From IMG/VR virus record IMGVR_UViG_3300037264_008423, positions 174,437 to 238,436 of that record: DNA of 64,000 nt; one strand, given 5' to 3'. The translations under genes and the position numbers were made by a program. Positions 55,003 through 64,000 of this stretch are shown here, piece by piece. The first letter of the stretch is position 1. Each line of letters begins with the position of its first letter. The notes under the pieces are model-generated. The model was not told the DNA's origin and made no database searches. It was given only the letters and a program-made list of their open reading frames with translations.

Positions 55003-56490
55003 ATGCCCACGGCTGCCCCGACGCAAGCCCCTGTCATTAACGTGATGGTGGTTGTCCTGCCCCCACCCCCACCCCGTCATCGTCTTTTCCTGGTCTTCCG
55101 CGAGCCGGAACTGCGGCCTCCCGTTTACGACGAGATGCTCACGGACATGACCCACGTGATCCATAAGTCGGTGGAGCCTTACGTGGACCCGTCCTGCGTG
55201 GAATTACACCACGATGAACTCGTAGCTGGCTGCTGGGCCAAGACTACCGAGATGGTTCATCGGGGCTTGATCATCCGGTGCCGCACGCGCTTGGAGTTTT
55301 TCAAACAATACAAGACCGCGATCCTGAACCATATCCGCAGCCTGGTCCAAAAGCACCGATTTACCGAAAAACGAACGGGGGTCAAGCCGCCGCCCAAGGA
55401 CCAGCGCAACATCTTCACCAATCAGTCCACCAAGCCCAAAGAGATCCGCATCGATGACCCGGATTCCGGCTTTCAGGTTGCGGATATCGACTCCGGCAAT
55501 GAGGCGATGGTCATGCGGGAGCTTATGGAGGAGATTAATTTGCGCCTTAACTGGGCGGAACGCATCGTTCTGGAACAATTGGTCTCCCCTAACGAGGAGG
55601 CGCTCCACTACGCCAGGATGGACGCGGAAATTGGACGCAAAGACGGCGATCCACTGAGCATCAGAATCCGCCAGGAGCACCTGGCCAAAGGTATAGGAGA
55701 ACAGATAAAACCTGAACTGTTTCAGGAAATCCACGATTCGATTAAAGCCAAGTGCTTGTTTATGAAGAGCCAACATGAGGACGATCCTAATAGAGCCGCT
55801 GCGATGGCCACGCTGCTGCAATTTTTCGGCATCCAAATTCCCAACGGTATCGACAGCACCACCCGCAAGCGCACCCTGATGCTGGCCGCTCAGCACCAAT
55901 TTGACCGGCTCAAGGATGACGACGGTATTAAAGAGGCCCTGGTCGCCGTGGGGGTGCCTGTGCCCTGCTTGCGCAACGACCGGTTCAAGTGCTTTGGAAT
56001 CATGTTCCAAAAGCATCACCGCACTTGCGACAACTGCGGCCTGCGGGAAAGCTGTGAACTCAAGGCGGCTAATTTCGGCCTGGGCGAGTTTACGATCAGT
56101 CACAAGCTCTTGGGTTCCCGCCACGCGCGGGTGCCGGTCTTGCAGCCCACGCGCTCCCTCCAGGACAGCGCCATTTCCGAGTCCATGCGCGACGAGGAAA
56201 TTTTGGCTTTCCTGGACGAGCATTTTAAATTAGTGCGGCACCAGGGAGACAACTATTATCGGCACAAAGACCGGCTGGAAAAGAAAGGCATGCAGTTTAT
56301 TTTTTCGACGGGCCGCCAAGAGTTTCGGCTGCGTTTCATTAATCCGACTGACGTGCTCAAAAAGTCTTTGGTGCTGGAGACCAGCCAAAAAGGCGGAAAA
56401 TCCCTTTGGTTCTTGCCCGGTCAGCTCAGTTCCGAGGAGGCGATCAACTTAATCCGCGCGCATGCCCAAGCCACTTTTGTAAACGAATAA
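55003..56490 (+). CDS. Hypothetical protein, weak sigma-like N-terminus and Cys cluster
   Basis: DELVAGCW..FKTAILNHIRSL; CFG..CDNCGLRESC; start uncertain. Confidence 0.7.
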   Translation: MPTAAPTQAPVINVMVVVLPPPPPRHRLFLVFREPELRPPVYDEMLTDMTHVIHKSVEPYVDPSCVELHHDELVAGCWAKTTEMVHRGLIIRCRTRLEFFKQYKTAILNHIRSLVQKHRFTEKRTGVKPPPKDQRNIFTNQSTKPKEIRIDDPDSGFQVADIDSGNEAMVMRELMEEINLRLNWAERIVLEQLVSPNEEALHYARMDAEIGRKDGDPLSIRIRQEHLAKGIGEQIKPELFQEIHDSIKAKCLFMKSQHEDDPNRAAAMATLLQFFGIQIPNGIDSTTRKRTLMLAAQHQFDRLKDDDGIKEALVAVGVPVPCLRNDRFKCFGIMFQKHHRTCDNCGLRESCELKAANFGLGEFTISHKLLGSRHARVPVLQPTRSLQDSAISESMRDEEILAFLDEHFKLVRHQGDNYYRHKDRLEKKGMQFIFSTGRQEFRLRFINPTDVLKKSLVLETSQKGGKSLWFLPGQLSSEEAINLIRAHAQATFVNE

Positions 56491-56492
56491 GT

Positions 56493-56882
56493 ATGGCCGA
56501 CGCAATTCCTACCCCCGCTGGAGAGCCGCAGGCTCCGATTCAATCCACCGTCGTCATCAAATCACCGCCGCTCACGCAGTGGCAGGCGCTCAAAGAGGCA
56601 GGCTGGTGGACCCCCTATGATTGGGTCATGACGGGGCTGATCGGGCTGGTGGGGACTACGACGGCGTTCTGGCTGATCTTTAGCTCGCACGGGCCGGAAA
56701 GCGTTCCGGTGACAACGGGCCTCATCCTGGCCCTGCTGGTGAAACTGGATCTACTGGGTATCTGGATCGTTTCCCTGGCCTTTCGCTGCTCCTGGTTCGT
56801 GCTGCGCGTCCACGCGGATATCGCTATGCTGCCCCATGAGTCAGCGCGCATCGCCGCGTCGTTCTTAGCGGGTAAACAGTGA
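56493..56882 (+). CDS. Membrane protein
   Basis: Two hydrophobic helices. Confidence 0.65.
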   Translation: MADAIPTPAGEPQAPIQSTVVIKSPPLTQWQALKEAGWWTPYDWVMTGLIGLVGTTTAFWLIFSSHGPESVPVTTGLILALLVKLDLLGIWIVSLAFRCSWFVLRVHADIAMLPHESARIAASFLAGKQ

Positions 56883-56885
56883 TTT

Positions 56886-57245
56886 ATGCGAAACCATACG
56901 ACAACCAAAATTGATCTCATCAAGTATGTGGCGAAGCAAACGGGGCAGACACAAGCGGTCGTGGAGCTTGTGATTAACGCCCTGATCAGCCAGATTGCCG
57001 GGTCACTGGCTAGTTTCCAGCGGGTGGAGTTGCGTAATTTCGGCGTTTGGGAGGTCTATATCGGCGCATCGCGTGTGGGCCGAAATCCCGCTTTACCGGA
57101 ACAGGGTCCCATCCATATCCCGCCGCGACCGACCGTTCGCTTTCGCTCCAGCCAGGAATTAAAAAGCACTGTCCAACGCTCGAACAAAGGTAAAAGCAAA
57201 GTCCTTGTGGCCGAGCCAGTGGCCGCGCCGATTACGCGCGTATGA
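56886..57245 (+). CDS. hup: HU/IHF DNA-binding protein
   Basis: TKIDLI..VA..TG; VELRNFGVW..R.GRNP..I.IP.R..V.FR.S..LK. Confidence 0.93.
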   Translation: MRNHTTTKIDLIKYVAKQTGQTQAVVELVINALISQIAGSLASFQRVELRNFGVWEVYIGASRVGRNPALPEQGPIHIPPRPTVRFRSSQELKSTVQRSNKGKSKVLVAEPVAAPITRV

Positions 57246-58135
57246 AATCAGCTATCGCTATTATCACCTATAACCGACTGGGCGCGCTCCAGGAAACTCT
57301 GAAGGGCCTGACCGAGCACTGTGCTCAGTATCCTTTAGCCATATTCGAGGACTGCGGCCAAAGAGACGGGACGGAAACCTGGCTCAAAGGGCCTCAGCCA
57401 CGCTTGATCCAGGCAAGGCCGGAGATCCTGGCGGAGGAATACGACGCTAAGCACCTGGCCCCGCACGCGCAAGTGTTCCTGGGCACAACCAACCTGGGCG
57501 TGAGCGGCAACAGCAATCGGGCACTGCGCTGGTTCGCCGGGACCGATTGCGAGCACTTATGCCTGCTTAACGATGATTTGCATGTTCTAGGGGACTTTGT
57601 AAACTTTTACAAGAGTGGCCATCAAGACCTGGGCGTGGGACTGTTTTGCTTCTGCGATTTCACCCACAACAGTTACCGGTGGATGACGGTCAACTCGCGC
57701 GGCTACCGGGTAAAGCTTCTGCCGCGTATGACGGGAATCATGCTATCGCTTACCCGTGAGGTCCTGGATAAAATCGGCTACTTCGATGTGCGGTTTGGTA
57801 AATTTGGCGAGGAACACTGCGACTACACCGTGCGCGCTCGTTTTAGCGGATTCGTGAACCTGGACGGCCAGCCGCAAAACTGCTTGGACCTGGAATTTCC
57901 GCAAAGCCCCCTGCTGAAACATCAGGAAGTGGAAACCAGCGTGATTGGGCCGGAGCGCGCCGCGCGCGACCAGGAAGCCTACCAGATCATGAACTATATC
58001 TCTAAACGCTACGGCCAGGAGCCGCTGTATCGTCCTTTTTATCTGCGTCTGCCCGGCCCAGTTGGGGGTCAGGGAGGTTTAGGTACCCCATTCGATAAAC
58101 TCAAGCATTACCAGCTTGTGGATGTCCCGGCGTAA
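57242..58135 (+). CDS. GT2 glycosyltransferase
   Basis: IAIITYNR; LLNDDL; IGYFD.RFG.FGEEH.DY..R. Confidence 0.9.
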   Translation: MKSAIAIITYNRLGALQETLKGLTEHCAQYPLAIFEDCGQRDGTETWLKGPQPRLIQARPEILAEEYDAKHLAPHAQVFLGTTNLGVSGNSNRALRWFAGTDCEHLCLLNDDLHVLGDFVNFYKSGHQDLGVGLFCFCDFTHNSYRWMTVNSRGYRVKLLPRMTGIMLSLTREVLDKIGYFDVRFGKFGEEHCDYTVRARFSGFVNLDGQPQNCLDLEFPQSPLLKHQEVETSVIGPERAARDQEAYQIMNYISKRYGQEPLYRPFYLRLPGPVGGQGGLGTPFDKLKHYQLVDVPA

Positions 58136-58143
58136 TTAGGGTT

Positions 58144-58638
58144 ATGGACAGCACCATTAAGCGTATTTTAGGCGAGGCGGAGGACGATACAGAGAAGCCG
58201 GATAAGAAGAAGAAGAAAAGTCAGCCCAAGGGCAAAACTGCGCCGCCGTCTAAATCGGAATCAGAGCCAGAGACGGAGACGGATCGGGAACAGCCGGATC
58301 GCCAGGTCCCGGAAGAAGCCGAAATCGAGGAATTGGCAAATTTGTGGACCCAGGGAAATCGCAACGAAGTCGTTCGCCGGTTCATGCAGATGGACAACGA
58401 AACCGCTGTGAAGGTCGTGTTTGTCATAGGCCGGGAAGGGGCGCTGGAATTAGGGCGGATGGTGGATGATATGCTCGAACAGATGGGAGATCAGGAGGGC
58501 GTTACGCCTCCTTCCGAGTTTGGGAGTCTCCCTGCGGGTGGTCGAGCAGAAGCGCCGTCCACCGAGCCAATCTCCGTCGAGCACCCCTCCGCCGAGGAGG
58601 ACTATCCGGCACGCCAGATTATGGGCGGTTCTCGCTAA
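58144..58638 (+). CDS. Acidic hypothetical (probable head) protein
   Basis: MDSTIKRILGEAED N-terminus. Confidence 0.7.
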   Translation: MDSTIKRILGEAEDDTEKPDKKKKKSQPKGKTAPPSKSESEPETETDREQPDRQVPEEAEIEELANLWTQGNRNEVVRRFMQMDNETAVKVVFVIGREGALELGRMVDDMLEQMGDQEGVTPPSEFGSLPAGGRAEAPSTEPISVEHPSAEEDYPARQIMGGSR

Positions 58639-58660
58639 AAACCAGTGTAATATAAGCGGT

Positions 58661-59380
58661 ATGAGCTTGGTTGATCAAATTCTAGGCCGTGCAAAAAACT
58701 TGCGCGAGGACAGCTCGGTTCCTCCTGTCATGGCTGCCAGAGCGCGGCGGCCTCAACCCGCGCGGATCGCGCCTCCCCAGGACAAGGAGGAGGACAAGTT
58801 GAGAAACAAAGCCCGGCACGGAAGTGTGGTTGCCAGTATTTTGGGCATGACGGAGAGCGAGAGCGAGGGCATTATACCTGATGACGCCACGCTGATGGAC
58901 CAGTTCGGGTCCGCCGCCGCGATTCCCGGTGTGCGCCGCGATCCTGTGCCGCGCCAGGATGAGCCTGCCGAGCCTGCCGCGACCGCACTGGTGGACGGCG
59001 AGGAACTGATCCAGCCCACAGCGGCCCTGGTCGCTCCCGATGTTACGCCCAACGCTTTGAAGCCGATTGATCCTTCTCAGGTTCCGGCTGCCCCCAGGCC
59101 AATGGCGCGCCCTATGCCGCATCCCGCCACGGGTGCGCCCGGTGGCGCGGCGGGGACAATGGATACCGTGCTGGGCCGCCAAGACCCCCAGGCGGAGATG
59201 GCTGCCAACGCGATGGCCGAAAGTTTGGCCGCTTCCGCGTATGAGCCTGACCCGGAAGTAGTGCAGGCTAAAGCGGCGGCGGCGTTGACCCCCGCTCCTG
59301 CAAATGCGTCCATTATGCCGGATCACAAGGAAGGGGACGGTAAAAGAATTTACGAGACCTTCCGCCGTTTTTCCAAATGA
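58661..59380 (+). CDS. Pro/Ala-rich hypothetical (probable head) protein
   Basis: MSLVDQILG start. Confidence 0.7.
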   Translation: MSLVDQILGRAKNLREDSSVPPVMAARARRPQPARIAPPQDKEEDKLRNKARHGSVVASILGMTESESEGIIPDDATLMDQFGSAAAIPGVRRDPVPRQDEPAEPAATALVDGEELIQPTAALVAPDVTPNALKPIDPSQVPAAPRPMARPMPHPATGAPGGAAGTMDTVLGRQDPQAEMAANAMAESLAASAYEPDPEVVQAKAAAALTPAPANASIMPDHKEGDGKRIYETFRRFSK

Positions 59381-59664
59381 CCGAAGCGCCTAAAACTGTC
59401 CTTAAGTCCCTTACCGTGCTCATCACCCGTGAGGCGTTCACGGATTTTTTCATTTTGACCGTGCCCAAGGCGGGAGGGCAGGTCTATACGGAGGAACTGG
59501 AAGTGGACGACGCCGTGGAGTGGTTTCGCCTGCGCGGTGCCGATCCGATCCTGGTGGAAAAGGCGCTTGATCACTGCTGGAATTTTTATCGGGCTTCGGT
59601 TGAGATTGTAAACTACAGAGAGCCTCCAGTCCGCGATCCGCTGCTCGCGCCCAAGCTAGACTAA
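59377..59664 (+). CDS. Hypothetical protein
   Basis: 95-aa ORF coupled to upstream gene. Confidence 0.65.
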   Translation: MTEAPKTVLKSLTVLITREAFTDFFILTVPKAGGQVYTEELEVDDAVEWFRLRGADPILVEKALDHCWNFYRASVEIVNYREPPVRDPLLAPKLD

Positions 59665-59798
59665 CTACTCGTAAAAGTTGACTTTTATTAGCAGTGACAA
59701 GTTAATTTTCAATCGTCTTAGCTGCGTTTGTCCCTAAACGCGCATACGCAAGGTTGCTCCATAATGTTTACGGTAGTCTTGTAAACTATCTATAACAC

Positions 59799-61415
59799 AT
59801 GGCACGTCAATACCTTGCCGAAGGGCTGAAAGGCGCTTTTCCTTTCATTGCCGATGTTAAAAACATCGTGGTTGAAAGCTTGCCCAACGGCAAGATCCGA
59901 ACCCGAATCCCTGGTCGTTTTAGCGTATGCGATTGTGTCAACGGCAATGGTCGCCGCTACGGCAGGCATGTTTGGGAAAAGAACCTGGATACCACATCCA
60001 CCTTGATGGAGTCTATCCGGCGCAATGCCGCTTTCGGTCTGCTCGAACACCCCAAGGACGGCCAAGTTACCCTCCTGTCGCCGATCTCTCACCTGGTCAC
60101 CGAGGCCAAGTTGCAGCGGGGCCAGAACACCGCTGGTAAAGAAATTTGGGAGGTTGTCGGCGAGATTCAAGTCCTGGGCACGGAGGAAGGCAAAAAATTA
60201 ACCGCGCTCATCGAGGCCGGATATAACCCCCTGGTCTCCAGTCGCGGGTTCGGCTCCCTGGTGCGCGCCACGGACGGCGTGGATGACGTGCAGGATGACT
60301 ACGTGTGCGAAGGGTGGGATGTGGTCATTAAACCTTCCTTTGAGACCGCCGAGCTGAATCCCCCGCGCGAAACCATTTTAACCACGACCGAAGCAGCCTC
60401 CCCGCAGGCTGCTTCACCGTCTCCAGCCGCGACGATTACGGAAAATAAACCCCCCGTGGCTCCCCCCGCCGCCGCGAAACCTAATTTGGAACCTGCCGCT
60501 TGTGCGCCGGTTCCGGCTCCGGGGCCAACTCCGGTGAAAACCACAAATGAATCATCCCAAGATAAAACTATGAATCTGAATGAGATTAAACAGGCAATCG
60601 CCTCGTTCAGGAGCACGGAAGCCCGTAAGCTCCAGCCGAAGCAGTTTGCCGAAGGGATGGCTCAATTGGGTGCCCTCCACCAGGAGGTTGCGAACTACCT
60701 CGCCGAGGATACTAAACGGTCCTGGCAGGCGACGCAGCTTCAGGAAGAGATCACCGCGATTGAGGCCGCCTGGAATGAGACTCAGCTTGCTCCTGTCAAG
60801 ACCGCCGCCAAGTTGAATGAGAATAACACCAAATTGATGCACGTCATCAAAGCGGTCGCGAAAACCGGGCTGTCCTACAAAAACCAACTGGGCGAGTCAG
60901 TCAAGCAGGCTACCCGCCAGTCCGCCTTGTTAAACGAAGTAGTGGAGCGGGGCCGCGCCTGGCGTCAAGTGGCCAAGGTTAACGAGTCCGCCGCCGCCAA
61001 GTATAAGCGCCGGTTCATGATGGCTTCGGAGACCCTGACCCAGCTCGCCGACAAATACAAGAGTGACGTGGTGGAGCTGGGACGGCGCGTCATCACTTTA
61101 GAGTTTGGCGACAAGGCCCAAACTCCCGATATCCAGAAGATGCTCAAAGAGGCGACCAAGCCCAAGCGGATCGTCGAGATCCGCAACATCCTGGAAGGTA
61201 AGACTACGGCTGCCGCGTGCAACGCGTCCAAGCAGCCCACGGTGGCTCCGCCTGTCGCGGAGGGACGGAAACCTGCGGCTCCGCCAGCAGGAAACCCCGC
61301 AGCTACGGTTAGCGAAGGGGTGACGATCCTTAGCCAGGCCCCCAAAGATCCTCGTGGTCTGACGGAGGCCGTTGGCATGGTCAACCGGCTGTCCAAAGCG
61401 ATGGTCCAAGGTTGA
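59799..61415 (+). CDS. gp21: Prohead protease (gp21-like) fused to coiled-coil scaffold
   Basis: NGNGRRY; GLLEHP; SHLV; VSSRGFGS; WDVV..PS; helical C-terminal half. Confidence 0.92.
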   Translation: MARQYLAEGLKGAFPFIADVKNIVVESLPNGKIRTRIPGRFSVCDCVNGNGRRYGRHVWEKNLDTTSTLMESIRRNAAFGLLEHPKDGQVTLLSPISHLVTEAKLQRGQNTAGKEIWEVVGEIQVLGTEEGKKLTALIEAGYNPLVSSRGFGSLVRATDGVDDVQDDYVCEGWDVVIKPSFETAELNPPRETILTTTEAASPQAASPSPAATITENKPPVAPPAAAKPNLEPAACAPVPAPGPTPVKTTNESSQDKTMNLNEIKQAIASFRSTEARKLQPKQFAEGMAQLGALHQEVANYLAEDTKRSWQATQLQEEITAIEAAWNETQLAPVKTAAKLNENNTKLMHVIKAVAKTGLSYKNQLGESVKQATRQSALLNEVVERGRAWRQVAKVNESAAAKYKRRFMMASETLTQLADKYKSDVVELGRRVITLEFGDKAQTPDIQKMLKEATKPKRIVEIRNILEGKTTAAACNASKQPTVAPPVAEGRKPAAPPAGNPAATVSEGVTILSQAPKDPRGLTEAVGMVNRLSKAMVQG

Positions 61416-61464
61416 GCGTTAACCAATAACCGAAACTGAACTATCAAATAAAAAGCAAAAACTT

Positions 61465-62919
61465 ATGGTTATTCAAGATGCACTAACCGGTAGGCCGATG
61501 CTGGCGACTAATGGTGGGCACATCGCCCGTTTCACCGAAACACTGGAATGGGGCTACAAGCTGGCCGAGACGCCGGTCGGAGTTACCGACAAAAATCCGA
61601 AAGGTCTTTGGGAAGCCAAGGGCTGGAAAGAGTTCGTATCGCACATGCCTGAGCACAAACAGGCATACACCGCAATCATGCTCGAAAACTGCCGGGCGCG
61701 CTTTGGCCAACTGGACGAAGTGACCCGCACCAGCAGCCTGGGCACTTTTGATAAGTGGATCTTCCCGATCATTGCCAATATGTCGGAGAACGACGTAATC
61801 GATCAACTCGTCGCTCTCCAACCGATGGCCGGGCCGGTCTCCCAAATTGTTTACATGGACATCGTGACGGGTCGGCGCAAAGGCCGCACTCCGGCTGGCG
61901 CTCCCATGTGGCGCGCTTTGCAGGGAGCGGTGGACCGTGACGATGATGCCGACGAACTCGTCCAAGACGAGACCGGAGTTCTGGCAGGTAACGCCGCGAC
62001 CCTGGAATGGTCTCCCGTGCGCGCTGGCACCTTGACGGTCACCGTGGGCAGCGACACCACGACCGATGACAGCAACGGCAATATTCTGCCTTCCGGTGTC
62101 ATCGCTGGCGGCACGGTCAACTATGTTACCGGTGCGATCACAGTTACGGGTGTAGGGGCCACGGCGACCTACAGCGTGACTTACGCGTTTAACGCGGAAG
62201 GCAACCTGAACATTCAGGACTACGAGATGAAGCTCTCCAGCACCCCGGTTACAGCCAAGGTGATGAAGCTCAAAACGCTCTGGTCCGAGGAAGCCGACCA
62301 GAACTTGCAAGCGATGTATAACATCAAAGCGGAGAGCGTCCTGCTTAACGCCTTGACCAATGCCTTGACTTACCAGAAGCACCGTCAAGTCATCTACGAC
62401 CTGCGCGCTCGCGCGGACGCCGGTTTCGTGGTTTGGGACGCGGTAGCTCCCGCTTCGGTCAACTACCAGACCCATAAATTCTCGATTATCGACGCGTTCG
62501 AGACCGCCAGCAATTTCATCTACGGCGCGACCAACATGGTCTGCGGCAACTGGCTCCTGCTGGGTCTCCAGGCGGCGACCGTTGTCGTTACCCTGCCCCA
62601 GTTCGTGGCGCGCAACGCCCGGACACAGATGCAGGGTGTGACTTACCTCGGTGATCTCGGCAACAAGAAAGTTTTTGCCGATCCTCACTTCCCCGTCAAT
62701 GAGTGGCTGGTTGGCCACAAAGGCGACCAATTTTTGACCACGGGCTACGTTCTGGCGGAATACCAGAAACTATACACCACCCCGGATGTGGTGCTGCCTG
62801 ACTTCATCCATCAACGGGGTTTTGCGACCTCGTTCGCGCGGAAGATGATCAACAGCAAGATGTATTGCCGCGGTTTAGTTCAGAACAGTCCAACTAGCTT
62901 CGGTTCGGTCATCGGCTAA
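61465..62919 (+). CDS. gp23: Major capsid protein (T4 gp23-like)
   Basis: MLEN; VALQPMAGPVSQI.Y; VTAK..KLK..WSEEA.QNL.A.Y.I.AE; EYQKLY. Confidence 0.93.
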   Translation: MVIQDALTGRPMLATNGGHIARFTETLEWGYKLAETPVGVTDKNPKGLWEAKGWKEFVSHMPEHKQAYTAIMLENCRARFGQLDEVTRTSSLGTFDKWIFPIIANMSENDVIDQLVALQPMAGPVSQIVYMDIVTGRRKGRTPAGAPMWRALQGAVDRDDDADELVQDETGVLAGNAATLEWSPVRAGTLTVTVGSDTTTDDSNGNILPSGVIAGGTVNYVTGAITVTGVGATATYSVTYAFNAEGNLNIQDYEMKLSSTPVTAKVMKLKTLWSEEADQNLQAMYNIKAESVLLNALTNALTYQKHRQVIYDLRARADAGFVVWDAVAPASVNYQTHKFSIIDAFETASNFIYGATNMVCGNWLLLGLQAATVVVTLPQFVARNARTQMQGVTYLGDLGNKKVFADPHFPVNEWLVGHKGDQFLTTGYVLAEYQKLYTTPDVVLPDFIHQRGFATSFARKMINSKMYCRGLVQNSPTSFGSVIG

Positions 62920-62956
62920 GCCCGACCCAGCCTTCGACAACTGGATATTTCCAATA

Positions 62957-62995
62957 AGATGGCCCTCGGATCTCCGAGGGCCATCTCTGTTTTTC
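62957..62995 (+). terminator. Terminator after capsid gene
   Basis: AGATGGCCCTCGGA/TCCGAGGGCCATCT then T run. Confidence 0.75.
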
Positions 62996-63017
62996 GATCA
63001 GTTGGCGCGCGCCGTGA

Positions 63018-63635
63018 TTAGTGCTTTTCCTTTTCCAGGTTCAGGGCCGAGGCCACAGTTTTTCCGTGGCCCATCGGCGTGTTCGTCTGGTCCAGTAGTT
63101 GGACCATCCAGGCACCCACCTGGTGAAAAAGGTAGCTGTCCCCTGAGATAAGAGCGCCGTCTTGCAGATTACCCAGGCAGACGGCTTGGCCCCGGTCCCC
63201 GGCATTTCGTCCGGGCTGGTCGCTGATGGGAAAATCGGTGACGGTTATGTGCCAGAGTGGCGAGCGTGCCTCCCAAAACCGGCTCCGCGCGATCACTCGC
63301 TGGGCTTCAGGATTGTCCGGTTCCTCTGGCGGTCGGCATGCGCGCCAATCCTGGGGGCTGTGGAGCAGCCGGTCCAGATCGAGAGACGCCTCGGCGGAGA
63401 TGCTTTTTCCGCTGATAAAAAGAAACATGATAAAGTGTTGAACCGGGTCCAGCATACTTAGAATCCTGTGGGAGTGTTTTGAAAACCGACCATCGGGTCC
63501 GGGTAGTTGTCCAACGGTCGTACGGGGGCCTGTCCGTCCAGCGCGCGCTTTTGGTCGGCGCAGCAAGCTGTAGCGTGCAAAAAGGCGCGGATCAGCGTCA
63601 ACGGAAAACCTTCGTGCATCAAATTGGAGGGACAC
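63018..63635 (-). CDS. Hypothetical protein
   Basis: ORF; true start probably internal (MLDPV or MFLFI). Confidence 0.5.
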   Translation of the reverse strand: MSLQFDARRFSVDADPRLFARYSLLRRPKARAGRTGPRTTVGQLPGPDGRFSKHSHRILSMLDPVQHFIMFLFISGKSISAEASLDLDRLLHSPQDWRACRPPEEPDNPEAQRVIARSRFWEARSPLWHITVTDFPISDQPGRNAGDRGQAVCLGNLQDGALISGDSYLFHQVGAWMVQLLDQTNTPMGHGKTVASALNLEKEKH

Positions 63636-63722
63636 CCGTGCTCAATGAGCCTGTGGAGCCGCTGTGCTTCATTTCGGACTTGTTCCGAGTCAGGGTTTAT
63701 CGGTATGGATGTGGGCATAGGT

Positions 63723-63968
63723 TTAGCGTGAGGGGGCATGGATGATAATCTCGTAGCGGTCGAAGTCGCAGAGTCGGCCTAGCTGGGTGTGGTTGATGCG
63801 GTCTCCAACTTTGAACGTTTTGTCGGCATCGGCGGAAGTCAGGCCAGGAAGGAGCACGTCGGCCCGGCCTACCAGGCTGAGCAGCGTGTAATTAGCCATC
63901 GGTCCGACATCCCCGATCCTTTCGACAACGAGCTTAATCTTGCGGCTGTTCTTAGATTTTAATGGCAT
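63723..63968 (-). CDS. Hypothetical protein
   Basis: 81-aa ORF. Confidence 0.45.
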   Translation of the reverse strand: MPLKSKNSRKIKLVVERIGDVGPMANYTLLSLVGRADVLLPGLTSADADKTFKVGDRINHTQLGRLCDFDRYEIIIHAPSR

Positions 63969-64000
63969 GGGATTAAAAGGGGGCTGGCCTGTAGAAGCCA

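Noticed and set aside
1-64000. Stop-codon reassignment (TAG/TGA recoding)
   Set aside because: Conserved genes are intact under the standard code and end at TAG, TGA and TAA
1-64000. CRISPR array, rRNA, IS transposase or integrase
   Set aside because: No regularly spaced repeats or recognisable motifs seen

Overview
A 64 kb segment of a large T4-like (jumbo myovirus-type) phage genome. It holds replication/repair genes (family A DNA polymerase with an N-terminal UDG-like domain, NAD-dependent ligase, family-4 UDG, Dam, gp32-like SSB, UvsY-like, RecA/UvsX, HU), head/neck genes (gp13-like neck, gp21-like protease fused to a scaffold, gp23-like capsid), five glycosyltransferases, three non-DNA SAM methyltransferases and eight free-standing endonucleases. 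From about 9.2 to 37.8 kb lies a dispersed RNA-gene array: about 36 tRNAs, a tmRNA with a 35-codon tag, and several unexplained structured RNAs. The most striking system is a Ro60 (TROVE/Rsr) gene with up to five Y-RNA-like elements: a textbook circularly permuted YrlA, a second linear Y RNA just upstream of Ro60, a second permuted tRNA-like RNA, and two ordinary-order tRNA bodies that carry an inserted hairpin with the bulged-C Ro-binding helix. All five tRNA-Leu genes share a non-canonical core. All RNA folds and family calls were made by eye; no searches were run.
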